Below are positions 1 through 10,985 of a stretch of 64,000 nt of DNA, piece after piece. The notes below the pieces were generated by a model that worked only from the letters and a program-made list of their open reading frames with translations, was not told the DNA's origin and made no database searches. The DNA is from Octopus bimaculoides. Lineage: Eukaryota. The translations under genes were made by a program, and so were the position numbers. The first letter of the stretch is position 1. Each line of letters starts with the position of its first letter. Location of the stretch: assembly GCF_001194135.2 (NCBI RefSeq), contig NC_068989.1, positions 5,608,782-5,672,781 of the forward strand, read 5' to 3'.

Positions 1-10
1 TATATACACG

Positions 11-42
<32 letters not shown>

Positions 43-871
43 GCATGTATTTATATGTATTACACACATATATATATATACGTGTATATTCTATACATTT
101 ATTGATACATATATATATTACGCACGTAAATTATACACGTATATATATTACACACCTATATGTATCATACACATATATATATCATATACGTGTGTATATA
201 TATGTATATATATATATATATATACATATATACGTATATCCAAGAAAAATAAGTAAAACACCAATGTTTAATTAATCTTTAATTATCTACAGAAATGAGG
301 AAAACACAAAATTACAGTAATTATAATATATGCTTTTTGGCATCCAGTAGTTGGGCCTTGGTACAGGAGTTCCATGTATTTGAGGAACGTGAAATCACTT
401 CTTAGCCCATTGTTGTTCCCAGACTTTCTCTGGCCTGGAGTAGTAACACCTATTAGAATCCTGGCTTTGGATTAATTAGCATGGATACCACCTGCTTCAA
501 ATTCAGGCAATGTCTGCTCCAATAATTGGTGATGAACTGCTATGAATCATACTATCCCAAAGTGTTTATGCATGTGATTAGGGACCACATGTGAACTTGT
601 ATTTCCCCTGAAACTCTGAACATGAACACTGCACTTCAATAATAAATAGTCACTACATTATCCACTGCGCCTGCTACTCTCAAATTTGCGAGCAGGCTTT
701 TTGGGCTGCAGGCAGAAGCATAACCTTGCCTGCTGAAACATTGGGGCTGACCATCCAATGGGGTCAGCGTTTGTGAGGGACGTGATGGACTCGGCTGGAG
801 CCAGCACAATTCACCCTGCGTAAATGCTGTCACAAGTACATATATGGCAAGTAAATATATATATATATATA

Positions 872-1000
872 GTCATCAGACCTTCCTCTCTGTGATTTTC
901 ACCGGTCTTCAAATTTGAAGCACCATATAATGGACAGAGAATTCTCCTGCAATGAAGAACTGCAGGTGGTTGGCTTTGAAAGACAAGCAATGGTATTTGA
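872..1000 (+). mobile_element. Decayed mariner transposase fragment
   Basis: Translates SSDLPLCDFHRSSNLKHHIMDREFSCNEEL, resembling mariner SPDLAP.DF.LF..LK..L.G..F...EE. Confidence 0.5.
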
Positions 1001-1148
1001 ATATCGTAGAGGAGATATGCAACTGGTACAAAATGACTGGAAATATAAAAGTATTTGTCAAAAGATCAAGTGAACATAAAATACAATAACCTGCTTTCAT
1101 GCACCTCACTGTGCCATTCTGCTCAACAAGTGATTAAGCTAATATATA

Positions 1149-1363
1149 CATGGGGTGCAGAAAAGTTCCTGGCTTTAAAAATATTGCAAAAGGCTTGGTT
1201 GGAGGCCCAAACTTCAGATTCTTTTACAGGGCTTAAAAAAACTGAAGGACCACTGCAATAAATGCATGAATCTGAGAGGGGGATATGTTAAATAAAATCC
1301 TAATTAACTGATCCTCCTGTATTTTTTTTTACCCAAAGCCAGGAACTTTTCAGTATGCCCTTG
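1149..1363 (+). mobile_element. Mariner-derived MITE
   Basis: TIRs catggggtgcagaaaagttcctggcttt / aaagccaggaacttttcagtatgcccttg, TA-flanked. The interior resembles a mariner C-terminus (WLEAQ...F...). A second copy is at 41582. Confidence 0.75.
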
Positions 1364-4300
1364 TAATGTATTATTTCTTATATTGTCCATTCTATTGCAT
1401 TGTTCATCATATGTTATTTATTTATTATTTATTTGTGAATTTCTATCCATTGGACTGTTACAAATGTATGAAACATAATTAACTACACAATACATTGTGT
1501 AGTATTAGGATGTTAGATTATTTGCTGAAAGGCAACACAGTTAACATGCATAGATCCATGCGTTGCAAAATTTACTAGTTATCTTCATTTACTATTTTCA
1601 GATCAGCCAGAAGCAAATCAATTCTATGAATGTTTTCCCAGTGTAAAATATGGTTACATTATTTGGAGTTAAAGCACAATTTAATGAAACAACGTGAGAT
1701 CAATAACTGGGATATTATTTGTAATCGCTATAAATTCTTTCCGTAAACATAGTTTATGCACATTTCATTTAGGTGAGTATACCTTAAAAATTTTCTATTT
1801 CATACTGAATATAAAAACGTTCCGGGTTATATGTTTGTGTGTCTGTGTTTGTCCACCCAACATCACTTGACAACCGATGCTGGTGTGCTTACATACCTGT
1901 AACTTAGCGGTTCAGCAAAAGAGAGTGATAGAATAAGTACTAGGCTTACAAAGAATAAGTCCTGGGGTCGATTTGCTCGACGAAAGGCAGTGCTCCAGCA
2001 TGGCCACAATCAAATGACTGAAACAACTAAAAGAGTAAAAAGAGTTTATTATACATTGTTCACCGACATAAACTTGTGTTTTAGTATCTTAGTCTTAACC
2101 ATCACATGACCAATTAATTTTGTGCACAGAATTTTGTGAAAATGGCTTAAGTTACATATTTCAAAAAGAAAAAAAAAAATTAAACACATGCAGTTGCATA
2201 TATTTATATATATGTATGCATATATATATTTATCTATATATATCTACTTATGTACTACACAGATATACCATACAATAACAATACAAATAGATACTTAGTG
2301 ACAAAAAGTTAATGTCAAAATGCAGTCATAAAAATAAAGTTATTCTTAGCAAATTATTGCTGTGAAATAGAATACCATTGATTTACTGGATATAAAAGAT
2401 AAGTTCAACCACTTCATTGCACTGAACATTAAAATATTTCTTCATTGAAAATATTTCTTCATTTGATATACTACCTGGTATACCGATTCCAGGGAGAAGC
2501 AGGATAAAACCAACTTTAACTATAAAATCACACACACACACACACATTAAACAGGCAAAATTTGTTCTGGTATTTGTCTGGAGATAATATCTCCTACGGA
2601 CATCCCTGGTCTTCAAAATTCCAAGATATGCAAAGAATTATATCACAGAAATCATGCACAACAACAGCTGCCAATGCAAACACCATTTGTAGTGTGTGTG
2701 TGTGTGTGTGTGTTACATGATGACCCACAAGTTCCTTCTGTATTGCTTTCATTTTGAAGACATCTTTATTGCTGAGAATCCTGTTTGGTAAACAAAAGAG
2801 AGAGAGAAAGACAGAAAAGTAATAAAGAGAAAGCTGGGCTGCAATACAAACCATTATTAGCAATGTGTATCTTACCTGGCTACAGACCAAACAAAATTGT
2901 TTTAATTTAAACATAAGCATTAAACAAAGGTGTGAACTGAAATTACTTCATGAAAAATATCTTAAATATTACTGATGCATCTTTAAGGAACCGAGTTCCT
3001 TCAAATGTCTGGAAGGCTGCCTAAAAGTAGTCGACAGATGATGTTACTTCACTGGCCCAAAAAACAGGAGTGGGCATCCCAAAAGTATAGTTAAAGTTTA
3101 AGTGTTCAAAAGGTTTCTCTCTAAGCAAAGGGGTGTTGGACTCATGACTGTAAGACTGTGGTTTCGATTCCCAGACAGGGCAGTATGGCATGCTCTTAAG
3201 CAAAGCACTTTACTCCAGTCTGCTCAGTTGTCAACGAGTAACCCTGGCATTCTGTTCAAAAGGAATGTTATAATCTCGCCATAGAAACCAAGTAACCAGC
3301 TCAATGAATCCTAGGACTTGATATAATGATGTCTAAGGGTTGATGATGTGGAGATGCATGGCTTAATGGTAAGGTTTTGATTCCTGAACTGGGCAAGATG
3401 GTGTGTTCTTTAGCAAAACACTTCGTTTCATGATGCTCCAGTCTACACACCCGATAAAATGAATAATCCTGCAACTGACTGGCATCCCACCCAGAGAGAA
3501 ATATACATGGCACAGAATCTGGGAAACTGGCCCTATGCTCCTCATGGAGTTAATACGGAATAACCAAAGGAGTAGATTGTATGGTGGCCTCTTTTGTTGT
3601 TTCAATGAATGAAGGTTCAACTGAAAACAGCTGAAATTTCTTTTCACCCTATGGTCACCTGTGTGCAGGGTCAAAGCTGAAAACGTCCAGTAGTATCCTC
3701 TACCTGTCCTCATCGCCGCTTTCCCTACAGCCACTAGAGTTATGAAGAACGTGTGATGGTGTTGCAGTCTGCTGAACAAACTGAACAATAAATATTATTA
3801 TAAAAGAGCCACACTCTCTCATCCTTCAGAATTGTTTTGGTCTGGTGCAACAAGTGCCACGAACCAAGTAGTTTTCAGGATAAAGGATATGTATGGAGTT
3901 ACCTTCTCTTAGATGAGCAGCTAAATAGCTGAAAGGGTTTCATCTGCTAGTGTTCCATTGTGGTATCTACGAGTTATCTTCTGGAGGCAATTCCATGCCA
4001 TGCTACTTAACCCATACATGGGACCCTGATAGTGATGCTACTATTCTCTCTAGGTCACAGCTGACCTGGGACAGACGGTAGCTAAGGAGTAATTCTATAC
4101 TACTTGAAACCCTGGAATTCTCAAACCAACACCCCACTAACGGATGCAGTTTAAAATTAAACTTTCTTAGTAAAGAGTGGATTGTATAATGCTTGTGTAT
4201 AAAGTATGATAAGAACTGTTGGACATGTAATATTAGTATACATGAACAACATAGTAAATTCTGTTCTTTTCCATCAAACCTATACTCGTGCGTTCAGAGG

Positions 4301-4784
4301 GTGAGAAATAGAATATTATTAGTACAGACATTCATAATTTTGAAGTGGAACAATCAAAAACCAAGGGGAATAACTTCAAAGTCAAGTTTATATTCAAGAG
4401 TTAGTTCCCTTCGTTATTTTCTTCAAGATACTGACTCTTAATGGTTTTCGTTTCAAGATGGAACGTTTTTATATCCCCCACCCCCCGCTTCTTCTTGGAG
4501 GAAGAGGAAACGATATAATTGAGTAGGTTATTACAATTTATTCCTGTTACAGCAATAAATTGATTAAGGCAATTCTTAAGTGCTTTAACAAAATCTGGCC
4601 CTATGCTCCTCATGGAGTAATACGGAATAACCAAAGGGTAGATTGTATGGTGGCCTCTCTTGTTGTTTCAATGAATGAATGAAGGTTCCGCTGATAACCG
4701 CTAAAATTTCTTCTTTTTCCCTATGGTCACTTGTGTGCAGGGTCAAAGCTGAAGACGTCGAGTTTGCCTCCATGAGTCCCAATA

Positions 4785-5109
4785 CTCAAAAAGTGTTCAT
4801 TAGATGCCTCCAGCATGGGCACCAGTTATTTGACACCAGCATCAGCCATGACTCTGATCTCACTTGGCTTGCTGGATCCTCTCAAGCACAGCATATCGCC
4901 AAAAGTCTCGGTCACTAGTCATTGCTTCTGTGAGGCTCAAAGTTCGAGGATCATACTTCACCACCTCGTCCCATGTCTTCCTGGGTCTACCTCTACCACA
5001 GGTTCCCTCTACAGTTAGAGATTGACACTTCTTTACACAGCTGTCCTCGTTCATTCGCATCAAATGACCATACCAGTCCAGTCGTCTCTCTTGTACACCA
5101 CATCTGATG

Positions 5110-5110
<1 letters not shown>
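4785..5110 (-). mobile_element. RTE-clade LINE 3' fragment
   Basis: ORF 4860-5063 reads MRMNEDSCVKKCQSLTVEGTCGRGRPRKTWDEVV, the typical RTE C-terminus (H..R....GRGRP..W); followed by the shared SINE/LINE tail. Confidence 0.75.
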
Positions 5111-5147
<37 letters not shown>

Positions 5148-6246
5148 AATCGTGTGTGTATGCATGTGTTTGTGTGTGTGCATGTGTTTGTGTGTGTTTT
5201 CCCATAAATACAGAGAGAAATGACTGCTTAGAAGAATTATGGCAACTATTCAAAAGATACAAACATCCCACCACACACCATTATATTCCTATCCATTGTA
5301 GCATTACATACCATAAAATGATAGTGTCAAAGCATTTTGCCATACATCTACAAACTGGATGCTGACATAATTCCACTGGATTAAAAATTAATTAATTTTA
5401 TNNNNNNNNNNNNNNNNNNNNNNNNNNNNNNNNNNNNNNNNNNNNNNNNNNNNNNNNNNNNNNNNNNNNNNNNNNNNNNNNNNNNNNNNNNNNNNNNNNN
5501 NNNNNNNNNNNNNNNNNNNNNNNNNNNNNNNNNNNNNNNNNNNNNNNNNNNNNNNNNNNNNNNNNNNNNNNNNNNNNNNNNNNNNNNNNNNNNNNNNNNN
5601 NNNNNNNNNNNNNNNNNNNNNNNNNNNNNNNNNNNNNNNNNNNNNNNNNNNNNNNNNNNNNNNNNNNNNNNNNNNNNNNNNNNNNNNNNNNNNNNNNNNN
5701 NNNNNNNNNNNNNNNNNNNNNNNNNNNNNNNNNNNNNNNNNNNNNNNNNNNNNNNNNNNNNNNNNNNTAGGTGCATTCCATTTTTAGCAACTCATTTTGA
5801 AGAAGGAAGTTTTAATGCATTCAAGCATGTTAAACTTAATGCAATCAAGCAGAACATTACAAAACATTACAAGAGGACGTTAGATGGAACAGAAAACATC
5901 ACTCTCTATCTTTTTACTCATTTCAGTCATTAGACTGTGGCCATGCTGGGGCAACAACCTAAACTATTTTTTTTATAGTAAAGATTGTTTGCCAACATAA
6001 CATGGCAGTCCTGGTTTAGGACTAATGTTGCTGTAATTTAGCCCCAGGAGACATCGTTTCCAGCTGGCTATACGACATGATCTGTGTCCTTATATTTTCA
6101 AACTGTGGGACTGAACCCAGAACCCTGTGGTTGGGAAGCAAACTTGTTACCACACAATATTGTTATTGTTATGGAGTCAGGTAAAGTAGAAGAAACTAGC
6201 CTTTAGTTAGGGACAAAATTAGCCTTTAGTCAGGAACAAAATTCAC

Positions 6247-6441
6247 TTATACACGACCCAAATTTGCATATTGTACCTGGGGTGATTTTTTTGGGGTTTT
6301 TTTTGCGACTTTTAAGCCATTAAATACAATATTAATTAAATTAGAAGCAATCTTACTAACCTCTGAGATAGGTTTCGCAAATTTCTCTTTTTCTTCTGTC
6401 AGAGCTCTTGATGCATGAATGAAAACAGCAAACGTCACACC
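6247..6441 (-). CDS. C7orf25: C7orf25 homologue terminal coding exon (GVTFAVFIHASRALTEEKEKFAKPI...LGRV*)
   Basis: Acceptor tttgtttaatcccag|GGT; 195 nt ending in TAA at 6249-6247. GV.F.VF.H..RALTE.KE motif matches the C-terminus of the family. Confidence 0.92.
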   Translation of the reverse strand, partial: GVTFAVFIHASRALTEEKEKFAKPISEVSKIASNLINIVFNGLKVAKKTPKKSPQVQYANLGRV

Positions 6442-7069
6442 CTGGGATTAAACAAAGAACATATTGCAACAGCAAAAACGGTAGAGATTCAAAATATCTT
6501 GCCCAGGTATTGAACACAGAAGGCAATATTAGAAAAACATAATGACAGGTGCAGGCATGGATGCCTGGTTAAGTCCATGAATATGATAATGAACCAGTGT
6601 ACTATAGGCACAAGGCCCTCAAATTTAGGGGAGTGGGGGAAGCTGATTACATCAATCCCCAGTGTTTAACTGGTACTTATTTCATTGACCTCAAAAGGAT
6701 GAATGGCAAAGGTGACCTCAGCAGAATTTGAACTTAGGATGTAAAAATGGACAAAATATTGCTGAGTATTTTGTCTGGAATTTTAATGACCCTGCCAAGT
6801 TGCTTGCCTTATAAGGAATAATAAGAATATGATACTAATGTGTTTGGAAAAGGCATGAATTTCATGCATTCTTCCTCTTTCTACTTTGATTGAGAAGGAA
6901 AAACAAAAATACAAAGAATCTAAATCCATTCTGACTTTGAAAGAAAAACAGGAAAGAAAAAAAAAGGAGAAGGGAAGAATAGAGAGAAAGAGAGAAGAGG
7001 GAAGAAGAGGGAAGAAGAGAGAAGAAGAAGAAGTAGATAGCCAAATGAAGAAAGAAAATAAATTTTTAC

Positions 7070-7150
7070 TTGATTTTCAGCTGCTCGGACATAACCAGAG
7101 TTTGCTGTCATTGTAACGGCCTTCAAGGAGTCTCCGGTGCCGAATATAAT
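7070..7150 (-). CDS. C7orf25: C7orf25 homologue exon ([27 protein letters not shown])
   Basis: Acceptor tcttctctcaacag|ATT and donor CAA|gtaaaa; 81 nt, phase 0-0. Contains the highly conserved IFGTGD.LKA.TMTAN.G.VRAA.NQ motif. Confidence 0.95.
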
Positions 7151-7232
7151 CTGTTGAGAGAAGATAAAGATTGACGTATGAGTGGAATGCTTGGCTGAAT
7201 GAAGGGACAAAGAAACTGATACACACATACAT

Positions 7233-7300
<68 letters not shown>

Positions 7301-7389
7301 NNNNNNNNNNNNNNNNNNNNNNNNNNNNNNNNNNNNNNNNNNNNNNNNNNNNNNNNNNNNNNNNNNNNNNNNNNNNTATACATATATCA

Positions 7390-7430
<41 letters not shown>

Positions 7431-7869
7431 TTTCAACATACATATATATATATATATATATATATCAACATACATACATATACACACACACACACATATA
7501 TATTTATACATACATACACACATATATAATAGTGGTTGTTAATGAGGTGATTGTGGTGGATGTGTTGCAGCAGTGGTGGTAGTGCTGATGATGAAGACAA
7601 TGAAGGAGATGGTGATTAAGACAACAGAAAGAGAAGAGAGAGAGAGAGAGCAATAAACAAACAAAAATTCCTTACAGCATTTAACCGTTTCCTAACCAAG
7701 CCATTCCAAGCTCAAATCCCACTAGAGCTTACCACATTTGCCTTTCATTGTTTGGAAGCAATAAAATACCAATAACCTAAGACTGAGGTTTATTCAATCA
7801 ACCATTCTCTCTGCTTCTTAAAAATGACCAAGAATTTCATAAAAGGAAAATATATTTTTGTTTGCTTTG

Positions 7870-7913
<44 letters not shown>

Positions 7914-8826
7914 GTTCTATTCTCCTCTCTTTTCCCAGCTGGGGTACCTATGTGTCCCCTCTATAGCAAGATACCTTCTTCGACCCATCTATCATACTTT
8001 AGCCTCTTGTCACCCAACACGAAGCCACCACCCTCAATATTACTCTTTCCTCTGTTGAAGGGAGGGGGTTTGTTCTCGTGGTCTTGTGAGTAATCTGGTG
8101 ACTTCACTGGTGCCAGTACCATGTAAAAAGCACCCGGGTATATTCTGTAAAGTGGTTGGCATTAGGGAGGACATCTGGCCATAGAAACCAGGCTAAAGCA
8201 GACAGAAGAGCTTGATACCTTCTCCTGGCTCATCAACTCTTGTCAACCCATCCAGTATATGCCAGGATGGAAAAGGAGACCCTTGAGGCTCCACATAAGA
8301 TTTTCTTGTTAAAATATATCAGCAATAAACAGGTTATAATTTTACAATTCTTTTATTCTTTTACTTGTTTCAGTCATTTGACTGCAGCCATGCTGGAGCA
8401 ACAACTTTAGTTGAACAAACCGACCCCAGGACATTTTATTTGTAAGCCTAGTACTTATTCTATCAGTCTCTTTTGCCGAACTTCTAAGTTACAGGAACGT
8501 AAACACATCAACATTGGTTCTCAAGCAATGATGGACACACACACACACACACACACATTCGATGGGCTTCTTTCAGTTTCCGTCTACCAAATCCACTAAC
8601 AAGCCTTTGTTTGGCCCAAGGCTATTGTAGAAAATACTTGCCCAAGGTACCAACCATTTGGTTGGGAAGCAAGCTTATTACCCCAGTCATGTCTGCACCT
8701 ATAAAAACTATTCTAACAAGTTTTTTTTAAAACGGTTCCTAATAATACAGTTGTATATTTAAAAGATGAGGAATTATGTACATTATTTACATTTGACAGA
8801 TATTTGTCCTCATCTTGTTTGTTGTT

Positions 8827-8872
8827 AACACAACATTTCAGTTGATATACCCTCCAGCCTTCATCAGGTGTC
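8827..8872 (-). ncRNA. Degenerate hammerhead ribozyme
   Basis: GACAC-CUGAUGA-A-GGCUG...CAACU-GAAA-UGU-U-GUGUU. Core intact, but stem II has a mismatch plus a wobble and C15.2 is changed to U. Confidence 0.65.
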
Positions 8873-9182
8873 TTGGGGAAATTTCAAACCTGGGTTCTCA
8901 TTTCTAAGGTATTTTTTGATGTTATAATTATTCAGGTGACTGCCTGGAATCGAACTCGGAATCTTGGGGTTAGTAGCCTGCGCTCTTAACCACTACGCCA
9001 TATGCCCGTGGGCATATGCACAGGCATATGCACTATGCCATATGCACGGGCATATGGCATAGTGGTTAAGAGCATGGACTACTAACCCCAAGATTTCGAG
9101 TTCGATTCCAGGCAGTCACCTGAATAATTATAACATCACAAAATACCTTAGGAATGAGAACCCAGGTTTGAAATTTCCCCAA

Positions 9183-9228
9183 GACACCTGATGAAAACTG
9201 GAGGGTATATCAGCCGAAGCGTGGTGTT
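9183..9228 (+). ncRNA. Degenerate (probably dead) hammerhead ribozyme
   Basis: GACAC-CUGAUGA-A-AACUG...CAGCC-GAAG-CGU-G-GUGUU. GAAA is changed to GAAG, position 17 is G, and stem II is damaged. Confidence 0.6.
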
Positions 9229-9481
9229 AACAACAAACAAGATGAGGACAAATATCCGCCAAATGTAAATAAAGTTCATAATAATATTTAAGTATAAAAA
9301 TATAAGATTTTTTTAAAATATCAAATGGCCCTGAGGGTCCACCCAAGTAAAATAGCAAAAAAGGTAAAAAAATTGGTTGAGAACCATTGTGTTAAATGAT
9401 GATACTGTCTGCTTTTGTGTTTTATTTCCTGAGATTTTTTTTCTAAAAAACAAAACAAAAAAAAAGTAAGAGATAACAAAC

Positions 9482-9666
9482 CTTTGATCTTTCTTTCAGT
9501 TTGCTGGTCAATGGTAGAGAATGAGCCCTTTGAGAAGGCCTGTCAGGGACAACCTTGACCTTAGATATCAGTTCTTCAGCTCGTTGCCGTTCTGATTGTC
9601 CACCCAGAGTATCCAGTATTGTCCAAAAGTGCCTCATTGCAGTCTCGCAGCAGCAAAGCTTCTTCC
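9482..9666 (-). CDS. C7orf25: C7orf25 homologue exon (G-KKLCCCETAMRHFWTILDTLGGQSERQRAEELISKVKVVPDRPSQRAHSLPLTSKLKERSK)
   Basis: Acceptor ttgcag|GG (phase 1) and donor AAG|gtttgt (phase 0); 185 nt. Matches the ILDTLGG..ER.RA...VVPD.PS.RA motif. Confidence 0.95.
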
Positions 9667-9884
9667 CTGCAATGGTCAAGAAATATCAAAGCAGTGAGCT
9701 GAAAACGGTGTGTGTGTGTGTGTGTGAGTGAGAGTGAGAGAGAGAGAGAAAGTTGTCAGAAAATTGTGCTAACAATATGTTCAGCCTTAAAAAAAAAAAA
9801 AAACCTTTTTCTTGTTTAGAAATAAAGTAAGGATTTGATATAAATGCAAAATAATAATAATAATAATAATAATAGTCCATTTTA

Positions 9885-10985
9885 CTAAAGGCACAAATCC
9901 TGATATTTTGTGGAAGGGGCTTAGTCAATTACATCAACCCCAATGTGCAACTGGTACTTATTTTATCAACCCTGGAGGGATGAAAGGCAGAGTGAGCCTT
10001 GACAGAATTTGAACTCAGAACAAAAGGATAGATGAAATACCACTAAACGTTTTGGCAGCTAACAATTCTGCCAAATGATAACAACAACAACAACAATTGT
10101 TCCTACTACAAGCACAAGGCCCTGAAACTTTGAGAGAGGGGACTAGTCGATTACATTGACCCCCAGTGTTTCACTGGTACTTAATTTATTGATCCTGAAA
10201 GGCAAATCGGCCCCAGCAGAATTTGAACTCAGAACATTAAGACAGGCAAAAAGCTGCTAAGCATTTCACCCGAATAATAATAATAATAATAATTTCTATG
10301 ATAGGCACAAGACTTGGAATTTGGGGGAAGGGAATAGTTGATTACATTGACTCCAGTTCTCAACTGGTACTTATTTTATTGAACACCAAAAGAATGAAAA
10401 GCAAAGCTATCCCCGGCGGCATTTGAACTCGAAATGTGAAGACATTGAAATACAGTTAAGCATTTCACCTGACATGCTAACATTTCTGCTAGCTCACCAC
10501 AATAATAATAATAATGATTACTGGAAGCACAAGGCCTAAAATTTGGGGGAAGGGATTGATCATATTGACCCCAGTGCACAACTGGTACTTATTTAATCGA
10601 TGCTGAAAGGATGAAAAGCAATGTTGACCTCGGTGGAATTTGAACTCAGAACATAGTGACAGACAAAAATACAGCTCAACATTTTGTCTGGCGTGCTAAC
10701 GATTCTGCCAACTCCCCGCCTTAATAATAATAATAATAATTCTTTCCACTATTGGCATAAGGCCTTATAATAATAATAACCGTTTCTAATTTTTGCATAA
10801 AGGGAGCAATTTTGATGAAAAGGGGTAAGTTAATCTGATCGACAACAGTGATCAACTGGTACTTAATTTATTGACCCTGAAAGGATGAAAGGCAAAGCTG
10901 ATCTTAGTAGCATTTGAACTCACAACATAAAGATCCAAAAGAAATATTGCTAAGCATTTTGTCTGACATGCTAACAATTCAGGTA
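9885..10985 (-). mobile_element. Head-to-tail cluster of five family B SINEs
   Basis: The aggcacaagg...actggtactta...gaatttgaactcag unit recurs five times in the same orientation, separated by (TAA)n/(CAA)n tracts. Confidence 0.8.

Larger units (their letters stand above)
8744..9272. mobile_element. Palindromic tRNA-headed, hammerhead-bearing element, copy 1 (probable non-autonomous Penelope-like element)
   Basis: Arms 8783-~9005 and ~9045-9272 are reverse complements. Each arm has A box tggc(a/g)tagtgg, B box gagttcgattcc and a CTGATGA...GAA(A/G) motif. The left arm has an unpaired 39-nt extension (8744-8782). Confidence 0.85.

Noticed and set aside
636-833. 65-aa ORF in GC-richer sequence
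   Set aside because: No recognisable motif or supported splice structure.
8930-9120. tRNA genes (A/B boxes, Ser-like anticodon arm)
   Set aside because: No proper acceptor stem or cloverleaf, and they are embedded in a repeated element; these are tRNA-derived heads.
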